From Candidatus Brocadiaceae bacterium (lineage in GTDB: Bacteria; Planctomycetota; Brocadiia; SM23-32): a stretch of 64,000 nucleotides of DNA. The DNA is taken from NCBI GenBank assembly GCA_963805825.1, contig CAWDVO010000025.1, positions 22,023 to 86,022 of the forward strand, written 5' to 3'. Position 1 is the first letter of the stretch. Every line of letters begins with the position of its first letter. The position numbers and the translations under genes were made by a program. The notes under the pieces were generated by a model. That model was not told the DNA's origin and searched no databases. It was given only the letters and a program-made list of their open reading frames with translations. Positions 52,639 to 63,105 of this stretch are shown piece after piece.

Positions 52639-55395
52639 ATGGATAGAGCATTCCAGTATTCCCTGAGGACGGCCCTGGTGCTGTGCATACTGGCCGGGGT
52701 CGGCCTGATCGTCTACTCCGTGCTGAACCCCGGCCCGACGCGCGCCCGCGTGGAGAACATGCCGGCGCTGCCGCCGGCGACCGGCTCCGCCATCACGGTG
52801 CCTTCGGCCGGGAACGGCCCCGCCGCGGGCTCCCCTGCGACTCCGGCGCCGCAGACCGCCTCGACAGGCCCCGCGCAGCAAGCCGCTGCCGCCCCCGGCC
52901 CGGCCAGCCCGGAGATCTCCATGCGCGAGTGGATCTATAAGTTCACGAACCAGCAGACCCAGCGCCAGGAGGGCGTGATCAGCGGGCAGCAGGCCGTCTT
53001 CAAGGGCGACAACGCCGTGGACATCGTCAAGCCGCTTCTCGTGCTGCTGGGCCAGGGCGACGTGGACGTAGACCTCGGCGAGGTACACATCACGGCGCAG
53101 AGCGGCAGCGTCGACAAGAGCAAGGGCCTGGTGCGCCTCTTCACGGGGGTGACGGCCGACGGCCGCGACTTCTCCATCCACGCCGACCACGTCCTCTACA
53201 ACGCCAGCGACCACACGATGACGTCCGACGGCCCGGTCGACATCGTGCGCTACAACGTGGCCGCCGACGGCACAAAGACCCCGGCCATGACGCTGAGCGG
53301 CCAGGGCATCGAAGTGAACACCGACCTGAACACGATGAGGATCCTCTCGCACCCCGTCGCCCACATCATCAAGGTCTCCAAGGACTTCCTTGCCGTGGGC
53401 ACCGACGCGCAGCCCTTGCCGCTGGAGCCGATGGACGTGACCGTCACCTCCGACGGCCCTATGACCTACCTGCACAAGGACCGCAAGGTCACCTTCACGA
53501 AGAACGTGAAGGCCGTCTACGGCCCGCGGACGCTGACCGGCGACGAGCTGACCGTGGAGCTGGGTGACGTGGAGGGCAAGCGCGATCCGGTCGTCAGCCG
53601 CATCCTGGCCGTCGGCAACGTGACTCTCACCTACCAGGACCAGGTGGCCCGCGGGCAGCGGCTGGAGTGGCAGATCGTCACGCAGAGCGCCACCCTCGAG
53701 GGCGACACTTGCGAGGTGGCCTCGCCGGAGTTCCGCCTCGTCGGCCAGACGCTGGTCCTCTACCGCCTCACCAGCCGCTTCGACGTGAAGGGTCCGGGCG
53801 CCCTCTACTGGGGCCCACCCGCCGTGGCCGACCCGCCGCAACCCGCCGCCGCTCCATCCGCGGCCGCCGGATCGAAGCTGCTCGGCCCCCGGGCGCTCGG
53901 TCCGTGGGCCGCAGCAGCCGCCGCCCCCGTCGGCATCCTGACGCTGAGCAAGGACAACAAGGTCACCGTCACGTGGCAGACGTCCATGTCCTATGACGTG
54001 CCCGCCCGCTACGCGACCTTCGCCGGCGGCGTCGTCGCCCAGCAGACGGACAGCTCCCTGAAGTGCGACCAGCTCAAGATCAACTTCCGCCAGGAATCCT
54101 CCGACATCGACAGCGTCGTCGCCACCGGCAACGTCAGCGTGCGCGACGTGAACGCCACCAGCGGCCGCGACATCCTCTGCCAGGAGCTGACGTGGAACGC
54201 CGGGGCGGACACTATCGAGCTGACGGCCGTCAAGGGCCAGACGGTCACCATCACCCAGGGGCCGCAGACGGTCTCCTCCTCGCACCTCGTGCTCGACAAC
54301 GCCCAGGGCGCCCTCGACTGCCCCGCCCCCGGCCGCCTGACCATGGCGCCGGCCGGCGCGCAGGAAGGAGCCGCACCCGTGACCGTATCCTGGCAGCAGT
54401 CCATGCACTTCACTCAGCGCCCGGCGCCGCAGGCCAGCTTCAACGGCGGCGTTGTCGCCCAGCGCGGGGACGAATCCCTGAAGGCCGACAGCCTGGGCAT
54501 CGACTTCGACGCGAAGATGAACCCGCTGAAGGTGACGGCGCTGAAGGGCGCCGACATCGAGGTGCGCTCCAACTCGGCCCTCTTCCCGAGCGCTTCCTCG
54601 GCCGCCCCGTCCGCGCCGGCTGTGCCCGCCGCCGTGGCCGCCGCAACCGGCGACGGAAGTTTCTGGAGACTCTCCGGCGACTCCATCACCATCGAGCCGC
54701 CGAGCCAGACCATCTCGTCCGACGCGCCGGGCACGCTGAGCGTCCTGCAGCACGGCTCCTCGGCCGGCACCATATCCTGGCAGAAACAGATGCGGCTCGA
54801 CTCGGTGAAGAGCGAGGCGCAGTTCGAGGGCGGCGTCGACGCGCAGATGCCGGCCGGCACACTGAAGTGCGACAGGCTGACCGTCACCTTCGAGGTCATC
54901 GACGGGGTGCGCCAGTTGAGGCACGGGCGCGCCGAGGGCAACGTCCGGTTCGAGTCCACCGAGCAGAACCCGTGGCGGCTCAAGTCCGCAGTGGCCGACG
55001 CCATCTTCGGCCCCGCCAGCGCCCTGCGCCAGATCATCGCGCGCGGCGACGACACGCACATGGTCGAGGCGTCGGGCCGCTACGGCGACGAGACCGCCGG
55101 CCAGAGCAGCACCGTGACCTCCCGGCGGCTGACGCTGTCCCTCGACACGGCCGCGGGCGAGGGCAATCCCAGCATCTCGCGCGCCGTCGCCGAGGAGGAC
55201 GTCACCGTCACCTACGCCACTCAGCCGCCCGTCCAGGGCACCGGCGACAAGCTGGAATGGGACCGCAGCACGGACACCTACACGCTGACGGGCGAGCCCG
55301 TGGCGCGCGTCGTCCGCGGCGCGCTGGTCACGTCCAGCCGCAAGATCAACCTGAACCGGCGCACCGGCGCCACCACCGGCACGCCGGGGGAGTGA
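52639..55395 (+). CDS. Large LptC/LptA(OstA)-like beta-jellyroll repeat protein (918 aa)
   Basis: N-terminal TM helix, LptC-like segment (ITAQSG, MTSDGPVDI, LSGQGIEV), four repeats of F.G.V.A.....L..D.L. Confidence 0.72.
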   Translation: MDRAFQYSLRTALVLCILAGVGLIVYSVLNPGPTRARVENMPALPPATGSAITVPSAGNGPAAGSPATPAPQTASTGPAQQAAAAPGPASPEISMREWIYKFTNQQTQRQEGVISGQQAVFKGDNAVDIVKPLLVLLGQGDVDVDLGEVHITAQSGSVDKSKGLVRLFTGVTADGRDFSIHADHVLYNASDHTMTSDGPVDIVRYNVAADGTKTPAMTLSGQGIEVNTDLNTMRILSHPVAHIIKVSKDFLAVGTDAQPLPLEPMDVTVTSDGPMTYLHKDRKVTFTKNVKAVYGPRTLTGDELTVELGDVEGKRDPVVSRILAVGNVTLTYQDQVARGQRLEWQIVTQSATLEGDTCEVASPEFRLVGQTLVLYRLTSRFDVKGPGALYWGPPAVADPPQPAAAPSAAAGSKLLGPRALGPWAAAAAAPVGILTLSKDNKVTVTWQTSMSYDVPARYATFAGGVVAQQTDSSLKCDQLKINFRQESSDIDSVVATGNVSVRDVNATSGRDILCQELTWNAGADTIELTAVKGQTVTITQGPQTVSSSHLVLDNAQGALDCPAPGRLTMAPAGAQEGAAPVTVSWQQSMHFTQRPAPQASFNGGVVAQRGDESLKADSLGIDFDAKMNPLKVTALKGADIEVRSNSALFPSASSAAPSAPAVPAAVAAATGDGSFWRLSGDSITIEPPSQTISSDAPGTLSVLQHGSSAGTISWQKQMRLDSVKSEAQFEGGVDAQMPAGTLKCDRLTVTFEVIDGVRQLRHGRAEGNVRFESTEQNPWRLKSAVADAIFGPASALRQIIARGDDTHMVEASGRYGDETAGQSSTVTSRRLTLSLDTAAGEGNPSISRAVAEEDVTVTYATQPPVQGTGDKLEWDRSTDTYTLTGEPVARVVRGALVTSSRKINLNRRTGATTGTPGE

Positions 55396-55397
55396 CC

Positions 55398-56690
55398 ATG
55401 ACCACCATCTTCGCCGCAGGCGGCACCGACCGGACCATCACCGAGGACGTCAAGCGCCAGGCCGTACGCGCCGCCATCGAACATGCGGGCGACGTCTCGC
55501 GCACGCTCGCCCTCCCGCCGGACGGCACCCGCATCCACAGCGATGCCGGCACGCTGACCCGCATGCTCTACGAGGAGGTCGGCGCGGGCGCGCACTGCGA
55601 CGTGATGCCGGCGCTCGGCACGCACTTCCCCATGGAGTGGGACGAGTTGCGGCGCATGTTCGGGGACGTGATCCCGCTGGAGCGCTTCTGCGAGCACCGC
55701 TGGCGCGACGACCTGGTGCGCCTCGGCGAGATGCCGTCGGACTACGTCCACGAGGTCTCCGACGGCGTGCTGCGGGCGAGCGTGCCTGACTGCGAGATAC
55801 CGGTGCAGGTCAACCGGCGGCTGATCGAGGGCGGCTACACGGCCATCTTCTCGCTCGGGCAGGTGGTGCCGCACGAGGTCATCGGCATGGCCAACGAGGT
55901 CAAGAACATCCTGGTGGGCGTCGGCGGCGGGCAGACCATTCACCGCTCGCACTTCCTCGGCGCCGCCTACGGGATGGAGCGCATCATGGGCCGCACGGAC
56001 TCGCCCGTGCGCGACATCTTCAACTACGGCTTCGACCGCTACCTGAGCGGGCTGGGCATAATCTTCATCCTCACCGTGATGGAGCAGGTGAGCGCGGGGG
56101 AGGTCGTCATGCGCGGCATCTTCGTCGGCGACGACCACGATGCCTACCGCCAGGCCGCCGAGCTGAGCCGCCAGGTGAACGTTACGCTGCTGGAGGAGCC
56201 GCAGGAGCGCGTGCTGGCTCATCTGGAGCCGGCCGAGTTCAAGAGCACGTGGCTGGGCAACAAGGCCGTCTACCGCACGCGCATGATGATGGCCGACGGC
56301 GGCGAGCTGACCGTCATGGCGCCGGGGGTGAAGACCTTCGGCGAGGACCCGGAGATCGACCGCCTGATCCGCCGCTACGGCTACCACGGCACGCCGGCCA
56401 CGCTCGACGCGGTGAGCGCCAACGCCGAGCTGCAGGCCAACCTCTCCGCCGCCGCCCACCTGATCCACGGCTCCTCGGAGGGCCGCTTCCGCATCATCTA
56501 TGCGACCGACCCATCGCTGATGACGCGCGAGGAAGTGGAGGGCGTAGGCTTCGAATGGCGCGACGTGGCGGACGTCATCCGGGAATACGACGTGGAGCAC
56601 CTGCCCGGCGGCCCGAACGACGGCTTCTACTACGTCGACTGCCCCGCCCTGGGCCTATGGGCCGTCAGAGACAAGTTCGAGACGGCCTGA
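55398..56690 (+). CDS. LarA-superfamily (lactate racemase domain) protein, probable sugar-acid 2-epimerase
   Basis: LPPDGTR, PALGTH, GQVVPHEVIGMAN..KN, HRSH, STWLGNKAVYRTR. Confidence 0.8.
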   Translation: MTTIFAAGGTDRTITEDVKRQAVRAAIEHAGDVSRTLALPPDGTRIHSDAGTLTRMLYEEVGAGAHCDVMPALGTHFPMEWDELRRMFGDVIPLERFCEHRWRDDLVRLGEMPSDYVHEVSDGVLRASVPDCEIPVQVNRRLIEGGYTAIFSLGQVVPHEVIGMANEVKNILVGVGGGQTIHRSHFLGAAYGMERIMGRTDSPVRDIFNYGFDRYLSGLGIIFILTVMEQVSAGEVVMRGIFVGDDHDAYRQAAELSRQVNVTLLEEPQERVLAHLEPAEFKSTWLGNKAVYRTRMMMADGGELTVMAPGVKTFGEDPEIDRLIRRYGYHGTPATLDAVSANAELQANLSAAAHLIHGSSEGRFRIIYATDPSLMTREEVEGVGFEWRDVADVIREYDVEHLPGGPNDGFYYVDCPALGLWAVRDKFETA

Positions 56691-56721
56691 TTCGGCCGTC
56701 CGCCGTCCACGAACAACGCCC

Positions 56722-57966
56722 TTAGCCTTCGGTCAGCACGTAGTTCGCCCCGCTCTCGACGATCCGCACCCCGAACCCGCCCAGCCTCTGCGCCACCGCC
56801 GCCCTTGGCTCCTCCCCCACCGACTCACCGAACCCGACGGTGTAGGCCGACAGCTCGTGGCGGGCGTAGGCCCTCTCGTAGTTCTTGCGCATGGCGTCGA
56901 ACAGGGCGCCGCGCTCGGGTGAGGCGAGCGTCGCCTTCAGCTCGGCGTCGACGGCGGTGATGTCGTGTATCTGCGCGAGCAGCGCCCGGACGGCGGCGTC
57001 CGCCGCGTCGGCCGTCTCCCCCCTGGCGCTGAAGGCCACCGGCTCGCCGGTCGGCGGGCTGAAGCCCCGCATCAGCAGCGGCGCCGTGTCCTGAGGCTCG
57101 ATGCCGAAGGCGCGGCCCAGCGCCTCGTAGATGACGACCGCCCCGCGCCGCTTGCCCTCGACGGCGTAGCCGGCTATGTGCGGCGTGGCCAGCGTCGTCC
57201 GCCCGATCAGGTCCGGCGTCGGCTCCGGCTCGCCCTCGTAGACGTCCAGCACGGCGTCGATGACGCCCTCTTGCAACGCGGCCGCCAGCGCCGCCGAGTC
57301 CACCACCGCCCCGCGCGAGCTGTTGATCAGGCAGGCCCCCGGCTTCATGCAGGCCAGTTCCGCCTGGCCGATCATGTGGTAGGTGGGATACGGCGTCTCG
57401 CCCTTCTTCGTCAGCGGCACGTGGCAGGTGACGAAGTCCGCCGCGATGGCGTCCTCGAACGCGGCCGACGTGAAGGCGGGGTCGCGCTCGGCCAGCGGCG
57501 GGTCGCAGGCCAGCACCTTGATCCCGAAGCCGGCGGCGCGTTTCGCCACGCGGCTGCCGCAGTTGCCGTGGCCGATGATGCCCAGGCTGCGACCCGTCAG
57601 CGGCCTCTCCTGCAGGCCGGTCACGTGGGCCAGCACGTAGAAGACGTAGTCGGCGACCGAATCGGCGTTGGAGCCCGGCGCGGAGGCGACGGTGATGGGC
57701 GCCTCGCGACCGGCGTTGGCCTGCTCGATGTAGGCCGTGTCGATGTGGTCCGTGCCGATGGTGGCCGTACCGATGAAGCGCGTCCGCACGGCTCGGTCGA
57801 CCAGGGCCGGGGTCACCTTCGTGACGCTGCGGATGGCGAGAGCGTCGAAGGTCTCCAGGCCGGGCATGTTCTCGTCCACGTCCCGGCCGGGCGCCAGCAC
57901 CACCTCGCCGAGCGCGCCGAACAGCTCACGCGCCAGCGGTATGTTCTCGTCTACGAGTATCTTCAT
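56722..57966 (-). CDS. pdxB: 4-phosphoerythronate dehydrogenase
   Basis: MKILVDENIP, RSVTKV, GTATIGTDHID, APGSNADSV, HVPLT, LDVYEGEP, TPHIAGY. Confidence 0.92.
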   Translation of the reverse strand: MKILVDENIPLARELFGALGEVVLAPGRDVDENMPGLETFDALAIRSVTKVTPALVDRAVRTRFIGTATIGTDHIDTAYIEQANAGREAPITVASAPGSNADSVADYVFYVLAHVTGLQERPLTGRSLGIIGHGNCGSRVAKRAAGFGIKVLACDPPLAERDPAFTSAAFEDAIAADFVTCHVPLTKKGETPYPTYHMIGQAELACMKPGACLINSSRGAVVDSAALAAALQEGVIDAVLDVYEGEPEPTPDLIGRTTLATPHIAGYAVEGKRRGAVVIYEALGRAFGIEPQDTAPLLMRGFSPPTGEPVAFSARGETADAADAAVRALLAQIHDITAVDAELKATLASPERGALFDAMRKNYERAYARHELSAYTVGFGESVGEEPRAAVAQRLGGFGVRIVESGANYVLTEG

Positions 57967-57987
57967 AGCGGTACCACCATGGCGGCC

Positions 57988-58944
57988 TCAGAGCCGCACG
58001 ACCTCTCCCGAGATGGCCGACTGGATGACGGCCTCGGCCGCGGCCATGACCTTCAGGCCCCAGCGGACGTCGGCCACGGGCTCGGCGCCGTGCTCGATGC
58101 AGTCCAGGAAATGGGCGTGCTTGTCGTAGTTCGGCTCCAGGTCGGCGGCGACCTCCTTCTCGCCGGCCTTCGTGTAGAGCGCGCCGCGGCCCCAGCGGTC
58201 GGTGATCATGCCGCCGTCGGCGCCGATGACGCCGCGCTGGTACTCGGCGCTCGGCGACGCCTGGCTGCCCTCGTGGCTGCCGACGGCGCCGTTGTCGAAG
58301 TTGAGGATGAACCAGATGTGGTCGTTGTCGCGCGGCGACTTGCGGTCCCGCGCCCACGTGCGGCCGTAGACCGACGTCACGCTGCCGCCCAACCGCATCA
58401 TCCACTCCAGTTCGTGGACGTTGACTTCGAAGAGGATGCCGCCGCTGAGGGACTGGTCCGCCCGCCAGCCGCGGACCCTCGACGGGTCCATATACATCAG
58501 CCGACGCGACCAGACGGACACCAGCGTGCCCAGCCGCCCCTCGCGCAGGTACTTCTGCATCGTCTGGATGCTGTCGCTGAAGCTGACCGAGAAGCCGACC
58601 AGCGACTTGACGCCCGCCATCTCGACCGCGTCCGCGATCTCCTGTGCCTGGTGCAGGCTCAGGCCCATCGGCTTCTCGCAGAGGATGTGCTTGCCGGCGC
58701 CGGCGCAGGCCAGGGCGTGGTCGCGATGGAGGAAGTTCGGGGAGGAGATGACGACGGCGTCCACGTCGCCGAGGAAGTCCTCGTAGCTCGCGACGGCCTT
58801 CGCGCCGGCCTCCTCCGCGACGGCCTGCGCGCGCTCCTGGTCCGGGTCCGCGATGGCGACGACGGTGCTGCGCGGGCACTTGCTATAGTAGCGGGCATGG
58901 CCGCGTCCGTTACCGCCGGCTCCGATGATGCCGATCCTGATCAT
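57988..58944 (-). CDS. Gfo/Idh/MocA oxidoreductase
   Basis: IRIGIIGAG, SPNFLH, CEKPM, SGGILFEVNVHE. Confidence 0.92.
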   Translation of the reverse strand: MIRIGIIGAGGNGRGHARYYSKCPRSTVVAIADPDQERAQAVAEEAGAKAVASYEDFLGDVDAVVISSPNFLHRDHALACAGAGKHILCEKPMGLSLHQAQEIADAVEMAGVKSLVGFSVSFSDSIQTMQKYLREGRLGTLVSVWSRRLMYMDPSRVRGWRADQSLSGGILFEVNVHELEWMMRLGGSVTSVYGRTWARDRKSPRDNDHIWFILNFDNGAVGSHEGSQASPSAEYQRGVIGADGGMITDRWGRGALYTKAGEKEVAADLEPNYDKHAHFLDCIEHGAEPVADVRWGLKVMAAAEAVIQSAISGEVVRL

Positions 58945-58991
58945 TCTGGCAACTCCTGTTGATAGCCGCCTCGGGCGGCGAACGTGCTTGC

Positions 58992-61768
58992 TCACGCCTC
59001 CTGAACGACCTGCACCTCGACCTGCGGCGGGGCCTCGCAGCGCACCAGCAGCCGGTCGCCGCGGATGCGCCACTCGACCGTCAACGGCCCGGCCGGCAGC
59101 GGGTAGACGCCGGCCGCCCACTGCAGCCCGGCCGGGTGCGGCTCGATGCGCACCAGGTTCGGGTTGCCGGGCTCCGGGAAGGTGACCCCCAGCACGCTGC
59201 TGGAGAGGTAGTGCGTGGGCAGCTCGACCAGGCGTGGCACGCGCTGCCGCCGTTGAACGTCTCCCACCAGGTCCAGACGCCCTTCTCGAGCATCCAGCCC
59301 CAGCAGTCGCGGAAGAACTGCAGCGCCTCCTCCACGCGACCGTGCTTGCAGAGCGCGCCCGCCGCGTAGTAGGCGAAGTAGGGCATGCAGTTGAGGTCGT
59401 CGTCCTTGACCGGCTCCGGCACGCGGAAGTTGCTCAGCAGCGCGTCCGTCAGGTAGTCGAGTGCGCCGGCCACCTGGTCCTCCGCCGCGATGTCGTAAAG
59501 CAGCGGCAAAGCGTTGGATGCGACGGACGGCGCGGTGTCCGGCACGTCCACGGGGCGCCGGTCGGTGAAGGCCCGGCGGCCCATGTCCCAGAACTGCTCC
59601 CGGATGGCCGCGGCCAGCCGGTCGGCCATGGCCTTGTGCCTCTCCCACGCGTCGGAGTCGCCGACGACGACCATGATGCGGGCGGCGTCCGCGAAGGCGC
59701 GCTGGTAGAAGCAGTTGAGGGCGCAGTTGATGCCGCCGCGGTCCATCCTCTGGCGGTCGATGTATGGGCCGAGGTCGCTGCCGTCCAGCAGACCAAGCCC
59801 CTCCACCTCCAGCGAGGCCAGGCCGGCCATCAGCCGGTCGATGCGCGGCTTCATCCGGATGAGGAAATCGGCGTCGCCCGTGCGCGCGTAGTAGTGGTAG
59901 AGCGCCTGCACGGTGATGGCCGAGTAGTCCGGGTGGCGGCCCGGCTGTATGCCGTGGGCGCCGGCCGCCACCAGGCCGTCCGCGTGCGGATCGCCCGGCG
60001 GCAGCGGGTTGTCCTGGCTGAGGAGGAACAGCTCCAGGCAGCGGCGGAAGAGACGCGTGTCGCCGTAGGCGGCCAGGTCCGTGTAGAACTGCACGAGCAT
60101 GTCCCCGGCGTAGAGGCCGCGCTCGCGGCGCGGGCAGTCGAGGTAGGCGTCCTCCATGCAGGCGTGCTGCGTGGCGCGGCCGACCTCCCACATGCGGTTG
60201 AGCATCGGGTCCGAGCACTCGAGGCTGCCGATGTTGCGCACCGGGTAGTTGGCGCGCGTGAGGGCCAGGCCGTGCAGCTCGAACTCGTTCAGGTCGCCGG
60301 TGACGAGCACCTCCAGGTAGCGCATGCCGCGCGGGTGGAACGTCTGCCACTCCTGGCGCCCCTCGCGGGCGACGCAGCGCTCGGCCATGCGCACGTGGTG
60401 CGGCGTCTGGTCGGCAGGCAGGCCGTCCGGGCCGAGCTTCTCGGAGTAGGACAGGTCGACGAGCGTGCCCTCGGCGGCTGTGAAGTCCAGCATCGGCCGC
60501 CCGAGCACCTCCCCGCCGAAATCGTAGAGCAGCGCCAGCGTGCCGTCGCCGACGTCCTCCGCGTAGTCCGCGCCCATCACCTGGACCGCGTGGACGTTCG
60601 GCAGCGGGGAGAACGTCTTCCACGCGCGCTCGGCGTAGGCCGAGCAGGCGCTGCGACCGCGCGCCCAGGGGCGCCAGGGGCCGAGTTCAGCCGGCAGGTC
60701 GTCCGGCTCGTGCGGCGGCTCGGTCAGGGCCTCCGCGGCCCGCGCCGCATCGCCCTCGAACGGGCCGGCGAGCAGGAAGATGTTCGGCGAGTGCAGCCCG
60801 CGCTCGGCGCTGACGGCCACGGCCGCGCTGCGCGGCAGCCCCAGGTAGAATTCCCAGGCGCTGTAGTAGAGCCGCTCGAGCACCACGAAGCTGTTCCACC
60901 CCTCGCGCAGCCGGACGTGGAAGTCCTGCCGCAGCGAGATGTCGTCGCGGCGGATCGGCTGCAGCTCCTCGCCGTTGAGCCAGTAGCGGCCCCAGAACGC
61001 GCCGATCGTCACCTCCTGGTCGACCACCGAGTGCAGGTAGGTGAACGCCATCGCCGGCAGTCCGCGCTGACGGAAGCGGGTCTCCTCGGCGATGATGGCG
61101 AAGGAGTAGAGGTCCTCGTCCTCGGCGAAGCGCGCGGCGTGCGTGGCGATGCGGCCGGCGGGCCAGACCTGGCGCTCGTCCAGGAGCGCGATGGAGCGCG
61201 GACGCAGCTCGCCCCAGTGCTCCTGGTCCGCGACGGGGACGGCGTCCGGCCAGGCGGAGTCGTCGAACTCGGGCGCGGCCCAGTCCGGCTCGAGGCGGGC
61301 GGCGTGGAACGTCTCCCCCGGGTTGAGGGCGAAGGAGAGCTTGGCCGCCTCGTTCTGGTGGGCGGGGCACTCGACGGCCTGCCAGCCGGCCGGCGTCGCC
61401 AGGTCGACGCGGTTGCCCGCCCTGTCCGCCGCGTGGCCCCAGGCGACGAGGCCGCCCGTGCTGCCCTCCGAGTGGAAGGTCACGCAGCCGTAGCTGTTGA
61501 CCATCACGGCGATCGTGTTCGTCCCCTGCTGCAGGAACGGGCTGATGTCGACCGAGTCGTACTCCGGCTTCGGGGTGAAGAAGCGCGCCGGGCCGTGGCC
61601 GAGCACCACGCCGTTGACCAGCAGGCGGTAGCGCGTGTCCGCGAAGATGTGGAGCGTGCCGCCTTCGGGCTCGCCCTCCAGCCGGAAGCTGCGCCGGAAC
61701 AGGGCGTAGCGGTTGTAGCCCCGGCCCCCCGCGTCATACCAGATGAAGTCCGCCTGCCTCGCTGTCAT
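58992..61768 (-). CDS. Alpha-L-rhamnosidase-like GH78 glycosidase; frameshift near 59220
   Basis: ADTRYRLLVNG..GP, DFG.E, RGMRYL, DCPRRER, TWWE, SACHAWS. Confidence 0.88.
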
Positions 61769-61778
61769 GGTCCCTGCC

Positions 61779-62795
61779 TCAGGATGTGAGATGGTCGAGG
61801 AGTTCGTCCATGTCCGCCGTGGCCAGCCCGACGACGCGGTCCGCGCCGCCGTAGTAGACGAGCAGTTCGCGGCCCGGCTCCCACAGGGCGGCCGTGGGGA
61901 AGACGACGTTGGGGATGATGCCGACGCGCTCGTAGTCCTCCTCGGGCTCCAGCAGGAAGTCGTCCGTGCGCGCGATGACGCGGGTGACGTCCTGCAGGTC
62001 GAGCAGCGCGGCCCCGACGCGGTAGACGTATCTGTTGTCTACACCGTGGTATATGATGAGCCAGCCGGCCTCGGTGCGCACCGGGGGCGCGCCGGCGCCG
62101 ATCTTGGCTTCCTCCCAGCCGGCCCTCGGCCGCATGAGAAGGTGCTCGCCCCCCTGCCCGTAGTCCCAATGGACCAGGTCGTCGCTGAACGCCAGCCAGA
62201 TGCCCGGCAGGTCGGTGCCGTACGCGGGGCCGACCCAGCTCGACGGCCGGTGGAGCATGCAGTATCGGCCGCCGACCTTCTCCGGGAAGAGCACGCCGTC
62301 GCGGTCGTCGATGCCGGCCGGGGTGACGAGACCCTCGAAGCGGAAGCTGTGCAGGTCCGGCGAGCGGAGCAGGCCGGTGTAGGACTCGCCGAGCGGCGGG
62401 ATGCCGGGGCGCTCGGTGAAGGGGTCCTGACGGGCCGCGCGGAAGAAGTCCATCTGCTCGTAAACCGGCCCCGGCACCTTGGATACGGCGGCATAGGTGA
62501 CGAGGTAGCCGTCTTCGTCGCGCGTGATGCGGGCGTCCTCCACCCCGCCGACTTCGTGCGCGCCGTGCGGGCCGTAGACGGGGCCGTCGCCGACGCGCTC
62601 GAAGGCGCGGCCGTCCTCGCTGACGGCCAGGCCGAAGCGGGAGACGTACTCGCCGATGTCACTGACGGCACGGTAGAGCATCTGCACGCGGCCGTCGACG
62701 AGGATGGCGCCGGGGTTGAAGACGCTGACGCCGTCCCAGAGGCCCGCGCGGGGCTGCAGGACGGGGTTGCCGGCGTATCGCTTCAGGACGCCCAT
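61779..62795 (-). CDS. GH130 glycoside phosphorylase/glycosidase
   Basis: NPVL, VFNPGA, MLYRA, GVEDARI, LFPEK, MLHRP, KIGAG.PP, IYHGVD, PNVVFP, YYGGAD. Confidence 0.92.
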   Translation of the reverse strand: MGVLKRYAGNPVLQPRAGLWDGVSVFNPGAILVDGRVQMLYRAVSDIGEYVSRFGLAVSEDGRAFERVGDGPVYGPHGAHEVGGVEDARITRDEDGYLVTYAAVSKVPGPVYEQMDFFRAARQDPFTERPGIPPLGESYTGLLRSPDLHSFRFEGLVTPAGIDDRDGVLFPEKVGGRYCMLHRPSSWVGPAYGTDLPGIWLAFSDDLVHWDYGQGGEHLLMRPRAGWEEAKIGAGAPPVRTEAGWLIIYHGVDNRYVYRVGAALLDLQDVTRVIARTDDFLLEPEEDYERVGIIPNVVFPTAALWEPGRELLVYYGGADRVVGLATADMDELLDHLTS

Positions 62796-62898
62796 CGGCG
62801 TGTTCTCGCGTGGTGGCTGAGGAGGTGAGTGACAAGCGGAGATTGCCCATGTTACTCCTGCCACGATACGGATACAAGCGACGCATGCAGGGGCCGTG

Positions 62899-63002
62899 TG
62901 TAGCGCCGGCATCTTGCCGGCATGCCGCAGCCTTCCAGCCTGCGGAAAGGCCCTGCCGGAGGCAGGATGCCTCCGGGACGCCGCCTGGAAGGCGGCGCTA
63001 CA
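62899..63002. repeat. GTAG-type REP/inverted-repeat element in a divergent intergenic region
   Basis: Terminal inverted repeat TGTAGCGCCG...CGGCGCTACA enclosing several short hairpins (gccggcatcttgccggc, gaggcaggatgcctc, gccgcctggaaggcggc). Confidence 0.75.
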
Positions 63003-63105
63003 GACGGCGAAACCGCGCTTTCTCTTGCGGAGCTTGCTGCCGACGGTAGAATGCCCCGCTGTCATTCCCACCGCCCGAACACCCCCTTATTACCCGGAGG
63101 AAGCC

